Notes: generated by a model from the letters alone, not told the origin. Counted from the first letter of the stretch, positions 12,539 to 25,234 are shown. The stretch: DNA of 64,000 nt from Octopus vulgaris (GCA_951406725.2 OX597837.1:7192001-7256000); one strand, 5' to 3'. Made by a program: numbers and translations.

Positions 12539-12755
12539 AAAGGCGGTGAGCTGGCAGAATCGTTAACACGCCGGGCAAAATACTTGGCCGTCTTCCACCA
12601 GTCGCTACGTTTTTGAGTTCAAATTCCGCCGAGATCGATTTTGACTTTCGTCCTTTTCGGGGTCGATAAAATAAGTACCAGTTGAACACTGGAAGTCGAT
12701 GTAATCGACTCATCCCCCCACCCACCAAGCTGCCTTTGTGGCAAAAATTTGAAAT
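12539..12755 (+). mobile_element. SINE family A
   Basis: Head and core match other copies. Confidence 0.8.
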
Positions 12756-12869
12756 AAAAATAATAATAATAATAATACTTCCACCCTACCACTACCCCCA
12801 CCCATACACACTTCCCCCCAAAAAAAGTTCGAGAGCACTATAGAGTAAGAGACTACGAAGAAAGAAAAG

Positions 12870-12990
12870 TAAGGGGCCTACAAATTCGAAAGATTTCAAT
12901 TGACAAGGTTTAAAGGACTGGATATCATAAACCAGAGGAAAACAAAGCGATGGTAATGGGTTCCAGGGAGCAGAGGTTTGGGGGAAGATC
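12870..12990 (-). mobile_element. Decayed LINE 3' end (CR1/L2/Jockey group)
   Basis: Minus strand reads FPQTSAPWNPLPSLCFPLVYDIQSFK, resembling the FFPRTxxxWNxLP...FP..Y....FK ORF2 C-terminal motif. Confidence 0.5.
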
Positions 12991-13174
12991 AGCTACAACA
13001 ATACAAGGACACATGTCTAATAAGAAGATCAACCGAGTCCCGACGCCAAGAATTCTGGCTCTGCCGGTGTTTGATCTTGGTCAGTTGATGCATAACCTGC
13101 TGGTCATATCCTGAAACTGGTCAATGGATGCTCTGCTTGAAGCCGCCTCATTGTCTATACATAATTTTTTTCTG

Positions 13175-13212
<38 letters not shown>

Positions 13213-13300
13213 ATATATATATATATGTGTGTATATGATTGATTGATTCTAGTTTCAGCTCATGAGCTGTGGCCATGCTGGGGCACCGCCATTTTGCTGG

Positions 13301-13335
<35 letters not shown>

Positions 13336-13570
13336 GTGTGTGTGTATGTGTATATATGTGTGAGTATATATGTGTGTGTGTGAGTATATATATGTGTGTG
13401 TATATATATGTGTGTGTGTGTGTGTATATATGTGTATGTGTGTGTATGTATATGTGTGTGTTTATATATATATATATATATATATGTATATGTGTGTGTG
13501 TATATATATGTATATGTGTGTGTGTATATATATGTATATGTGTGTGTGTATATATATATATGTGTGTGTG

Positions 13571-13643
<73 letters not shown>

Positions 13644-13690
13644 GTGTGTGTTTGTGTGTATATATATATATGTGTGTGTATTTGTGTGTG

Positions 13691-13722
<32 letters not shown>

Positions 13723-13830
13723 GACGTGTGTGTGTGTACAGGGAGAGATATGACAGAGCTACATGTATACATTACATCACAATGTAGACAAACGCGTATA
13801 TATACACATGAATATATATATATATATATG
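13175..13830. repeat. (TA)/(TG) compound microsatellite
   Basis: Direct inspection. Confidence 0.95.
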
Positions 13831-14349
13831 TATAACAATTACATTCAAAACTCGCATGTATAGGCATACACACTCACCCACTCGAACATACACAATGTCA
13901 ACATCATCTCCATTAATCTTTCACCATCTCTCAGTCTCTCTCCTTCCCTCCCCCTCTCTCACTATATATATGTGTGTGTGTGTGTGTGTGCACGCGCGCA
14001 TGCGCTCCTACCTTTCTTCCATTTCTTCTTAATTGTTCATCGATCTTTTCGAATATTTACAACTCTACCACCACTGCCATCAATAACGCAACTCCGCTTC
14101 CACCTACTTCAACCACCCTAGTACCACCACCAGCACCATCATCAATACGCTCTCGTCTCTGTCTCTACTCTAAGTTATTACACTAATGAACCACTTCTGA
14201 CAACAGGAAATGGTAAAGAACTAACCTAGACTGACTTTAGAATTTCTAAATAGTCATGGCTCTCATTCTTTCTTTTGGTTTGTTCCAATCTGTATCTTGC
14301 TATTTATCTATATATCTGTCTGTCTATCTATCTGTTACGTTTAGTGTTT

Positions 14350-14840
14350 GTATATATACATGTGTGCGTGAGGATATACATATATATATATATATATATA
14401 TACATGTGTGCGTGAGGATATACATATATATACATATATATATATATCTGTGTGTGTGTGTGTGTGTGTGTGTACATATATACATATATATATGTATATA
14501 TATGTATATGTATATATATGTATATATATATATATGTATGTGTATATGTATATATGTATTTGTATATATATGTGTATATGTATATATGTATTTGTATATA
14601 TATGTGTATATGTATATATGTATTTGTATATATATGTGTATATGTATATATGTATTTGTATATATATGTGTATATGTATATATGTATTTGTATATATATG
14701 TGTATATGTATATGTGTATATATGTGTATATATATGTATGTATATGTATATATATATGTATATGTGTATATGTATATGTGCATATGTATGTATATATATA
14801 TATATATATATGTATGCATATGTATGTATATGTGTATATG

Positions 14841-14873
<33 letters not shown>

Positions 14874-15256
14874 GTATGTATATATATATGTATGTATGTG
14901 TGTATGTATATATATATGTATGTATGTGTATATGTATATATATATATATGTATGTATATATATATGTATGTATGTGTATATGTATATATATATATATATA
15001 TGTATGTATATATATATGTATGTATGTGTATATGTATATATATATGTATGTATGTGTATATGTATATATATATATGTATGTATGTGTATATGTATATATA
15101 TATGTATGTATGTGTATATGTATGTGTATATATATGTGTATATGTATGTATATATATATATGTGTATATATATGTGTATATGTATGTATATATATATATG
15201 TGTATATATATGTGTATATGTATGTATATATATGTATGTGTACATATGTATGTATA

Positions 15257-15282
<26 letters not shown>
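14350..15282. repeat. ~930-bp (TA)/(TATG)/(TG) tract
   Basis: Direct inspection. Confidence 0.96.
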
Positions 15283-15287
<5 letters not shown>

Positions 15288-15904
15288 CATTCTAGTGTCT
15301 CCGTGTGTATTTCTCCTAATGTGCTCGGTAGCAGACATTGTGTTTGATCGTGGGCGTTTGGCGGCTGCATCGTAATGATGCTGGTGATCTGGTAATTGTC
15401 ATCGTAATAGTTATGATAGTTAGAATAACTAGTGGATAATAATGATAACACCAGTGGTAGCGGTGGTAATGGTATATTAGTGTTGGTGGTGCGAATAGCA
15501 AGTCTTTCGTTTTACTTGTAGGCATGATATTGTAAAAGGTACGAACAAAGAATGATACTTAAACTATATGTTTGTCTTCTATCTAGAAGGTATTTTTTAG
15601 AATGGCCCTCAAGGACGGACAAAGACTGGTACTTAAAATTGCATGCGTCTGTCTGGGTTTTTTTATCTAGAAGACCAGTTGTTTGTTTAATAAAATTTTT
15701 GAGAATAGTTTGATGTTAGAGGTTTTGGTAGCGTACGTATTTTGCAGTTGGTGTTTGGTGGTATTTGAGCTAAGATGTAGGATATGTAGTAAAGTCTTTG
15801 AGTGAAATGGTGTTTAAGGTGACGTGTGACATTTGAATGTGGATGGGAGGCGTAGTTCTCTCTAAGTTTAGGAAGGAGTTGACTACTGGAATAGTTATTT
15901 GAAT

Positions 15905-16160
15905 GGTCTAACCGCCAACGAATTCAAACCGCATCATAGCCAACGCTTACACTCATTCAGAAACATTAACAAAAGTTCGCTTTCTAACTGCTTAACTACA
16001 TATTGAATATTAGAATCTACAACTTTCCTCACTCCGGTATATGAAAAATTACTGACAAAGCTAGGTCATACAAACTAACTTCCAAATTATGTTCTGTCTG
16101 TAAATCTGAGAAGAGACAACCTCTTCAGAATTCAAAACACCCGAAAACATAAAATTTACT
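15905..16160 (+). pseudogene. Penelope-like retroelement GIY-YIG endonuclease remnant
   Basis: GLTANEFKPHHSQRLHSFRNINK from 15905 and, frameshifted, *KITDKARSYKLTSKLCSVCKSEK from 16042 resemble PLE motifs YIGxTxxxFKxRxxxHxxSF and WKIxxKAxxY...CxLCxxEK. Confidence 0.68.
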
Positions 16161-16354
16161 TAATCTCATTTACCAGGTATATGAGCTCTTATCAAAAAAT
16201 TCAATTACTCATATTCGTTTCTGTTCATCCTTATCACTGCTTTTTGAACCAACAACATAAACAACCGTCCACAAAAACAGTTATACGTATAGGAAGTTAT
16301 CTGCATATATATCTGTCTGTTAGTATGTGTGAGAGCGTGTGTGCTATCGTTTAT

Positions 16355-16427
<73 letters not shown>

Positions 16428-16573
16428 TATATGCACATATAGAGCGCATGCCTGTTCACATGTATCATATGTGTACATAGTACATATATATATATATGGT
16501 AGCTGAACTTAGTGTTTGAGCATGTATATATATATATATATATATATATCGTAGTTAGTGGTTGAATATGTGC

Positions 16574-16615
<42 letters not shown>

Positions 16616-16940
16616 TAGTTGCACTTAGTGTTTCAGTGTATATATATGCATATTATATGCATGTGTGTAAAGTACTTATCTATATACTTGTGTGTGTGTT
16701 TGTATGCACATCTACGTACATGAAAGCAAGCATGTCTCTCTCTGTCTTAAATATATATATATATATATATATATACGCATATAAGATATATATAATAATG
16801 TGTTTATACACAAACACACACAAGTGTTAGTCTGTATATGTTTATAAAGTGCCCGAGATTTCATCAGCCGATTGCAAATGCCAGCACACCGCTGGCAGGA
16901 GAGAATCTAAGAGGACTTTAAAGTCATATGAACTGATCAA

Positions 16941-16945
<5 letters not shown>

Positions 16946-17019
<74 letters not shown>
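16946..17019. repeat. (CT)n microsatellite
   Basis: Direct inspection. Confidence 0.97.
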
Positions 17020-17188
17020 GTATTTATATATATATTTATTTATTTATTTCTCTGTGCGTATAAAAGTTGGCAGACCTATCGTTTCGATCTCATTTCGTCA
17101 TGAGGTGGTCCATTTCGATTGAAGCGAAATGCACAAGAAATGAGTGTCTGTGTGTGTGTAAGCAAACATACATACGATATATGAATAA

Positions 17189-17231
<43 letters not shown>

Positions 17232-17304
17232 CGGATATACACACATATATACATATATATATATATATACTTGCAGAAATATATATCTATGAATACACAC
17301 ACAT

Positions 17305-17378
<74 letters not shown>

Positions 17379-17859
17379 GGTGGGATATATCTTGCCTGAT
17401 TGTGTAAGAGGTCAGAGTATAGCTTTCTGGTGCAAGGAATTAAGTGGTGGAAATGTACGGATGTATATATATATGAGGTATGTAGTCGGCGTGGCTGATT
17501 TAATGTGTATGAGGACGCGAAACACTTTCTTCTTGTGCAGAAACGTAACTACTAAAATCTAGTAATGAAAAGATTTTGGTGACTTACGAAACAGTAAAGT
17601 GAACGAGAGAGAGAGAGTGACTCTGTGTGTGTGTATGTGTGTGTGTGTGTGTGTGTGTGTAAAGTGCGAACAAAAGGATTTGTCTAGCATGATTAAAGAT
17701 AAGAGAGGAATTAGAACAGTCGACCAGACTGAACATTTTGACGAAAGATTCGATAAAGGATCGATATACTTACATCACTGATCACAAGTTTCATTGGAAA
17801 TTGTGTGGTGCTGAGAAATGCGTACCTTTTGTAGTGTTCGTCTGTCTCGCAGTCTATTT

Positions 17860-18051
17860 GTCTCTCTACCTACCTATCCATTTACCTACCTACTATCTCT
17901 CTATTCACCTATCTATCCACCTATCTATCTATTTATCTATCTACGTATTTACTTATCCGTTTATCTATCTATCTACCTGTTTATCTATCTACCTATTTAT
18001 ATATCTACCTATTTATCCGTCTATCTATTTATCTACCGATCTATTTCCCTG

Positions 18052-18103
<52 letters not shown>

Positions 18104-18265
18104 GCTGTCTAGCTATCTATCTATCTATCTATCTGTCTAGCTATCTGTCTAGCTATCTGTCTAGCTATCTGTCTAGCTATCTATCTGGCTATCTATCTGT
18201 CTATCTATCTGTCTATCTCTATGTCTATCTGTCTATCCATCTACCTAGCTAGCTATCTATCTATC
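17860..18265. repeat. (TATC)n/(GATA)n tetranucleotide array
   Basis: ~400 bp of tatc/tgtc/tagc variants. Confidence 0.95.
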
Positions 18266-18369
18266 TGCCTAACTACTTGTCTATTTTTTCTCTCGTTTAC
18301 CCGGGTTTTCTCTAGTACAACTGAAAGTTTCGGCTTTCAGCTCATCATTCGTAATAGGCAAAAAAAAAT

Positions 18370-18712
18370 AGACATGAAACTTGTTGACTCTTCTACACAT
18401 GTTTTAAAATACACCTTGGAGAGTCTGACGTGTTATGGACCGTGTGAAGGTTATATTTGCGTGTTTTAGCTCATTAATGGTTTTCGGGCGATTCTTGTAC
18501 ATTGATCCTTTACTTGCTCCCCAGAAAAAAGTCTGGTGGTGTTAAATCAGGTGATCTTAGTGGCCAAAGTCCCTTCGAAATAATCCGTTTACTGAAAAAA
18601 GTAGGGATAACTGTCCCAAAACTTTCCTGTCGTTATGTATATCAGCAAATATATCAAAGTGTGATTTTAAGATGAAAAAATTAACTGCGGAGAAACTTTT
18701 TGAACAAGCTGT
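18370..18712 (-). mobile_element. Internally deleted mariner-like (DDxD) transposon remnant
   Basis: Minus strand SKRIISKGLWPLRSPDLTPPDFF then frameshifted KGSMYKNRPKTINELK; terminus cagcttgttcaaaaagtttctccgcagt matches the TIR of 39163-39389. Confidence 0.78.
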
Positions 18713-18731
18713 GTATAGAATGATAGACATT

Positions 18732-19122
18732 TTCATGGGACTGTCACATTAAGTTGACAGTATACAACTGCTCTATCGTACCACCACTGCTTATATCTCT
18801 TTGAGATATCTAGAAATGTAATATTTCTTTTTTGTGTGTGATCAGTGGATTTATTTCACTGGAATTATTAAATGTTTACGAGGCCTAGACAAACATCTGC
18901 AGCTAGCAGGCCATGATACTCCAGACTGATGACGAGCAAGACTCAGAAACTAGTCTCTGGCTGCAGGCTTAGCTGGGTGGGGGTGTTTGTCTCCCCCTTG
19001 TGAACATAAGGACACAGGAAATGTGTCAAGGCCGACATGAGGCGTTGATGCTTCCTAAGGCTAAATAGCGGTGGTGTGTTTCCCTTCATGGGACTGTCAC
19101 ATTAAGTTGACAGTATACAACT
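18732..19122 (+). mobile_element. 353-bp hammerhead-containing unit with 38-bp terminal direct repeat (retrozyme- or PLE-like)
   Basis: ttcatgggactgtcacattaagttgacagtatacaact at 18732-18769 and 19085-19122; hammerhead in between. Confidence 0.55.
18897..18975 (+). ncRNA. Minimal type I hammerhead ribozyme motif
   Basis: ccaga-CTGATGA(18926-32)-cGAGcaagaCTCa-GAAA(18946-49)-ctag-TC-tctgg; perfect 5-bp helix I plus distal cagcta/tagctg. Confidence 0.75.
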
Positions 19123-19592
19123 ACTCTTCATTTTCTTATGGTTCTCTATATTGAAAGTACTTTACGCGGTCTGAAGGTTGTTGCTATTGTCTCTTTAAAG
19201 AAAGCTAAAATATAAATACTTAATGTACAAACAACTTACATATTCACTTAAAAATATTTCTAAATGATTAAGATATTGTGTTTAACAAAATCGAAAATCG
19301 TACTTTTTTTAGTTGTCAACTCACTGTCCAATAGAAAGATTAGTTTCTTCCCTTTTTAGGATGAAGAATATTTTCGGAACATTTTCCTATTATTCACCGT
19401 TTTCGGTATTTATACCCCACCACCGAAAACCTTTAATATCTCGAAAACTACTTTACCGATTTACTCGAAACTTGATTCATTCCGTCCGTATTAACATTTC
19501 AGGGTATATTTAGTACACAGTATTTTCCCATTATGCGCCAGTTTGGCTGAGTAACATTGCAAGCAAACAAGATTCAATCTTACTTTTGATAT

Positions 19593-19639
<47 letters not shown>

Positions 19640-19660
19640 TATGAATTTTCTATAAATATA

Positions 19661-19700
19661 TTATTCGCGATGAATCTCTCGAGATGAAAGCGCTAAATAA
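19661..19700 (+). ncRNA. Degenerate minimal hammerhead motif
   Basis: ttatt-cgcGATGA-atctc/gagat-GAAA-gcgc-TA-aataa in an ~80-bp insert between (TA)n runs; 5' core mutated. Confidence 0.5.
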
Positions 19701-19720
19701 ATTCCTGACGACTTCCCTTA

Positions 19721-19744
<24 letters not shown>

Positions 19745-19755
<11 letters not shown>

Positions 19756-19968
19756 CATTTGTGTCCCCTACCACCGCTTGACAACCTGTGTTGGTGGGTT
19801 TACGTCCACGTATGTTAACAGATCGGTAAAAAAGATCGATAGCATCAGTGACAAGTTTTAAAAGAATTTTTAAAAATAAGTACTGAGGTCGATTTTTTTG
19901 ATAAATATTCTTCAAAGCGGTGCCCCAGCATGGCCACAGTCTAATGACTGAAACAAATAAATGATAAA
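19745..19968 (+). mobile_element. SINE family B, 3' half
   Basis: ccaccgcttgacaacc...cagcatggccacagtctaatgactgaaaca. Confidence 0.8.
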
Positions 19969-19995
19969 AATTACAATATATATATATATATATAT

Positions 19996-20120
19996 GGCCT
20001 GCTCGCTTAGCCAGCGGGGTGGCCTCGTTCGAAGGCTAAAACAATGCGAAAGCATTGTGACCAGCGATGTGTAACAACATCTGATGGTCTTGTCGGTCAA
20101 GTGACGTGATCACGTAATAA
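19996..20120 (+). repeat. Dispersed repeat fragment (probable SINE 3' part), related to 39025-39150
   Basis: Shared ttagcca...ttcgaa(g/a)gctaaaacaat...gaccagc. Confidence 0.5.
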
Positions 20121-20126
20121 TTCATT

Positions 20127-20176
<50 letters not shown>

Positions 20177-21889
20177 AATTTAATACAGCAAACTATTTAA
20201 AAGAAACTTGGTGTCATTTATTTTAGTTCATCTCCAGCTGTCAGTAAAGAAATAAGTTGGGTGGTGTCCGAATTGTGTAGTCTGTGTGTGTTAGAGAGAG
20301 AGAGGATGAGAGATAGAAAGAAAGACAGAATATCTATATATGTTTGTGCGCATGTAAGAAAATGTATCTATTTTTACTTATCGCCATTTTTCCTTCCTTT
20401 TTAAATGACGCAATAAGAATATTTAGTAATTTTCAAATTTTCTTTTTTCCTATTTTATGCACCAAGTGTTTTTTGTTTTTTTCTTTGTCTTTTCTTCCTA
20501 AAATCCAGTTTGAAAGAATTCTTGTATTTATAATTTTTCTTTGTGTGTGCGTGTGTGATGGATGAGTGAGGTGGATCTCTCCCCTCTGGGTGAATCTTTA
20601 CCGCTGTTACGTATAATTATTTCCACCAGCGCCATCTCTTTTTTCTATAACCACGTACCAAAACTAAAGCAAAATATTTCGCTGTTGTTGTTTTATTAAT
20701 CGTTAGCAAGGATTTCTTCTTCATTTCGTGTATTTATCGATTTATTTATTTATGTATTTTAAGGTAACAAATGGAGCAGCAAGGTGGAAAATCTTTGTGC
20801 AGCCTAAATAGAAAAAAAAATAATAAAAATGTGATATTTAATCCAAAATCTATTGGGGATTTCGTAAATGTATGAATGGTGTGGTGGTGGTGGTGGTGGT
20901 GGTAGGAAGAGGAGCAATGTAGTTGTTCCTCTCTTTCTCTCTCCATCCCCCCCTTCCGATATACTCTGATATCCTCCGATTTTTCCTTTCTTAAGGGTTT
21001 TTTTTTCATCACCTTCAGAAAACTTTGGAGCGTATGAAAAGAATTATTAAATCGAAATTTCTTCCAACCTTGTGATAAATATAAAAAAAACCTGCCTCTG
21101 CTTGCATGCAAATACAGGCATAAAATGCACGCTCACACACACACACAAACACATACGAAGTAAGACGCATACACTCACAGACACATTTTCTTTTCTTTTT
21201 AATCATTTTCTGTATATTTTTAAACAAGTTTTCATTTTTAAAAAAAGACTGTTATTCTTAATTTTGTTTTCTAGAATTTTCTTTTATTTAGGGACTGTTA
21301 TTTTATCTTTAATATTTTATTTATTTATTTATATATTTATTCTCAAACTCTTTGAATCGGCAAAGATTATATCTGAGCCTCTGGCAAACATCTAATTTTC
21401 AATTTTTGCTGGTTTTGTACATTTTTTAAAAGTATATTTTTAACCTTTCTGGAAGCAAACACATCCCCGAACATCACGTAAATGTTGAGCTTCGGCACGC
21501 AATAAGCCATTTTCTTCACTTCGCCTGAAAATATCCTCTAAGATACTACGAATTCTTACCCGCTCCCCACCTTTCACGATATACATATATAGATAGATAA
21601 TGTGTGTGTGTGTGTCTAAATCTTCATCTTTCTTACATACTCTATCACTTTTTCATTCTCTGCAGTAGTTTTCCATTTCAGTTTCTTTATTCTCACAAAC
21701 TAGCTTATACCTTGTCGTTAATTAGCTCCAGGTCAGTTCGGAAGAAAGGGATGCAGAACCTTCATGTTTTCAAACAGTTCTTTGACATAAACCGCACACA
21801 CACACACACACACATACACACACATATATATTTATATATGATGTGTGAGAGAGAGGGGTTGTCATTTGCCCTACACTGACATATGTATG

Positions 21890-22075
21890 ATGGGAGTGCA
21901 TGGCTTAATGGTTAGGATGTTACTCATGATCGAGAGATCGTGGTTTCAATTCTTGGACTGGGTGGAGCGTCGTGTCCTTGAGCAAAATACTCCATCAGAT
22001 TCCTCTGCAATCACTTAAACACCCGACGTGTTCTACATCATACACCAGGCGTTGTCGATTTGATGGAGGGACTGA
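21890..22075 (+). mobile_element. Diverged family C-like SINE
   Basis: gggagtgcatggcttaatggttagg...gtggtttcaattc...gtgtccttgagcaa. Confidence 0.55.
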
Positions 22076-22360
22076 ACCGAAATCCATGTACGTGGGAAAC
22101 AAACACCTTACCACACAGCCATGCTGGCACTTCTACAATTTTTTTAAAAATACGTTCGTATGTGTGTTTGCATGTGTATACAAGAATGTGTGTGTGTGAT
22201 TAGGTGTGTGTGTGTGTGTGTGATTAGGTGTGTATGCGTGTGTGTTATTAGACGTGTGTGTGTATATGCATGAGTGTGATTAGGTGTGTGTGTGTCTGTG
22301 TCTGTCTGTCTGTTTAGGTGAATGTAATTAGGTGTGCGGGCGTGTGTGTTTGTGTATGCG

Positions 22361-22400
<40 letters not shown>

Positions 22401-22438
22401 TATGTCTATATGTATGCATGTTTATGAATGTTAATGCG

Positions 22439-22685
22439 AATTGTCAACATCGTCAGCGGATCGGACGAAGTGCTTAATGGCATTTAATTGCTCTTCGTTA
22501 CGTTCTGAGTAACGAGCTTGACTTTACCTTTTATCCATTCGCGATCGATAAAAAATAAGTACCAGTTATGTACTGGGGGTGTTAAGGCAATCCACTTGCT
22601 ACCTCCTCTCTAAAATTGCTAGCCACGTGCCAAAATTAGAAACCATTATTATTATTACTATTATTATCATTATTATTATTATCAT

Positions 22686-22719
<34 letters not shown>

Positions 22720-22779
22720 ATTTTATTTATCACAAGTACTAGGGTCGATTTGTTCGACTAAAAATTCTTCAAAGCGGTG
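22439..22779 (+). repeat. Composite segment duplicated in inverted orientation at 25769-26066
   Basis: Same decayed family A + microsatellite + family B tail junctions in both copies. Confidence 0.85.
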
Positions 22780-23229
22780 CTACAGCATGGCCGCAGTCTA
22801 ATGACTGAAACAAATAAACGATAAAAGTAACAAAAAAACATAGTGGTAGTGGTGGTGATGGTAGCGGTAGTAGTAGTAGTAGTAGTAGTAGTGATGGTGG
22901 TGGTGGTGGTAGTTGTTCAAATCACTTTTTGTTTTAAGAAATGTATATTTATATAGGTGCGTTCAAAAAGTAGTTACAGCCATATTCCACTACCACCGCC
23001 ACCACTACAAACATTACTACTAGCGCCACCACTATCACTACGGCAACCACGTGATCACATTTCAAGCAATCAATCAAGATGAAAGCATTTTCAAAAGATA
23101 TTGGTTTTCTCGAATCTTCTATAACAGGAATTGAGGCGTGTGTGGGGAGTGTGTTGGTAGGTGGATGTGTATAGGAAGGAGGGTGCATAGGTAAGTGGGT
23201 GTGTGTGTGTGTGCATAGATGGGTGGGTG

Positions 23230-23275
<46 letters not shown>

Positions 23276-23484
23276 GGAGGAAAGCTGTGTAAAAGAAGGT
23301 AAGATTGTGAAGGGAAGGTCATGTGTGTGCATCTGTGTGTACGTGTAGGTGCGCGTACATATGGAATGTATATGTTGGTATGGATATAAGTTTGTGTGTG
23401 TGTGTTTATAGGTGTGACAATGTGTAGGTGAGACTTGTCAGGTATATGTGGACTTATATCTCCGAGTGTAGATAAGAGCAGAGT

Positions 23485-23576
23485 GCATTTCGTGTATAGT
23501 ATTTTGTTGGTGGGGTAGGGTATTTTCGTGGCATTTCGTGTATAGTATTTTGTTGGTGGGGTAGGGTATTTTCGTG
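23485..23576. repeat. Perfect 46-bp tandem duplication
   Basis: gcatttcgtgtatagtattttgttggtggggtagggtattttcgtg x2. Confidence 0.92.
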
Positions 23577-23915
23577 CAAAATATATATATATATATTTGT
23601 GTATCTGTGTCTTTGTATGTATGTACATATATATATACATATGCTTGTATATATATATGTATGTGTGTATATATATGCATGTGTGTATATGTGTGTTTGT
23701 ATATATACAGGTATGCATGCATGTTTGTGTATATATATGTATGCGTATTTATGTGTGTGTATGTATATACATATATATATATGTTCGTATATAGGTGTAT
23801 GTATGTGTATGTATGTATGGGTATATGTATATATATGTGTGTATGTGTATGTATATGTGTATATATGTGTATGTATGTATGTGTATATATGCGTATGTAT
23901 GTGTTTATGCATGTG

Positions 23916-23950
<35 letters not shown>

Positions 23951-24382
23951 TTTATACATGTATATACATATGTGTGTGTGTGTGTCTGTGTATGTATATG
24001 TAATAATTTCATGTTCGGGCATACACTTTGTAGTATGCTGTTTAAAACCCGTTTTCAAAGATTCTCGTGAATTCCATTTCCTTTTATATGTGTATATACG
24101 CATTTTTAAAATGTGTCTGTATGTATGCATGTGTAATATATATGTATGTATTTGTGTATGTATACATTTAGATATCTATGTCGAGAGAGGGAGAGAGAGA
24201 CATTTGTATAGATCTAAGTGTATCTACGTGTATATATATATATATATATATATAAGTTCAAATAGAGGTTACAATCCTCATTACGTGATAGTAAAATCCA
24301 ATGAAGGCACTGTTTTATACCATGTTCTTTATGCATAAATATTATCAGTTAACCGTTTGCAGCCGTTTACTCCGCATGCAGG

Positions 24383-24507
24383 AATTGAACACCTATCTGG
24401 TATATCTTTAACTACTTCTGACGAGATTCGACTTTCAAATAATTTTTAAATTTATTAATTAATTTTCTGAAGGTCAAGAATTGAAACAGCTGTAAGAGGT
24501 GTCAATT
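24383..24507 (+). ncRNA. Type I hammerhead motif with extended helix II
   Basis: CTGACGA(24418-24)-gattc gactttca...tgaaggtc aa gaatt-GAAA(24483-86)-cagctg-TA; distal helix I aattgaacacct/aggtgtcaatt; proximal helix I imperfect. Confidence 0.65.
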
Positions 24508-24597
24508 TTTTTGATTAATAAATAATAATTTATTAATTGTCCCTCTATTTTCTTATCTTATTTAAACACACACACACATATATATATACATATATTA

Positions 24598-24625
<28 letters not shown>

Positions 24626-24629
<4 letters not shown>

Positions 24630-24940
24630 TAATATTAAGGGATCAGCAAAGGAATGCATCACCACATACCGAAGTTCAGAAATAGCAGCCAAAATCTAAG
24701 CCATTTCTTCTACCCTCTGCCTGGATGAATAAGATTCAAGTATTATGGTTTCTCTAGTAGACTTTTTTAAGTAGAAGAAATGGCTTAGATTTTGGCTGCT
24801 ATTTCTGAACTTCGGTATGTGGTGATGCATTCCTTTGCTGATCCCTTAATATTAGTATTACTAGAATTTACCGTATAACGGTCCTGTTTTCATACCGAAT
24901 TCTACTTGGTGAAATTTATTGATTACTTCGTAACTAATTA

Positions 24941-24944
<4 letters not shown>
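24626..24944. mobile_element. Fold-back insert in (TA)n: perfect 88-bp inverted repeat, 57-bp spacer, ~86-bp tail
   Basis: 24626-24713 is the exact reverse complement of 24771-24858; related to 46536-46790. Confidence 0.88.
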
Positions 24945-24990
<46 letters not shown>

Positions 24991-25234
24991 TATGTAGGTG
25001 TACACATACATGTGTGTAAATTATACATAAACACGTGTATGTACACACATACGTTTGTGTGAGTCTATATATATAAATTCACGTGCATACCTATGTATAC
25101 ATACGCATATGAACTTACATTTATTACCATAAATGTATGCTTGTATTTATGTATATATGCGTGCGCATGTATAATCGTATCTTCTCACACACACCTATTT
25201 CAATATGGGTGCACGCACGCATAAAAATAATCCA

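Noticed and set aside
12488-12728. N-terminal part of the 165-aa ORF 12231-12728
   Set aside because: Antisense SINE plus poly-Asn from (AAT)n; only the last ~85 codons are retroelement-derived
14256-15375. Long ORFs (290-363 aa) rich in Y/I/C/V/M or H/T/Y, and similar ORFs throughout the window
   Set aside because: Translations of stop-free (TA)/(TG) repeats, open in several frames on both strands
20623-20640. ccaccagcgccatctc as a CTCF site
   Set aside because: Only a partial match; single occurrence without support
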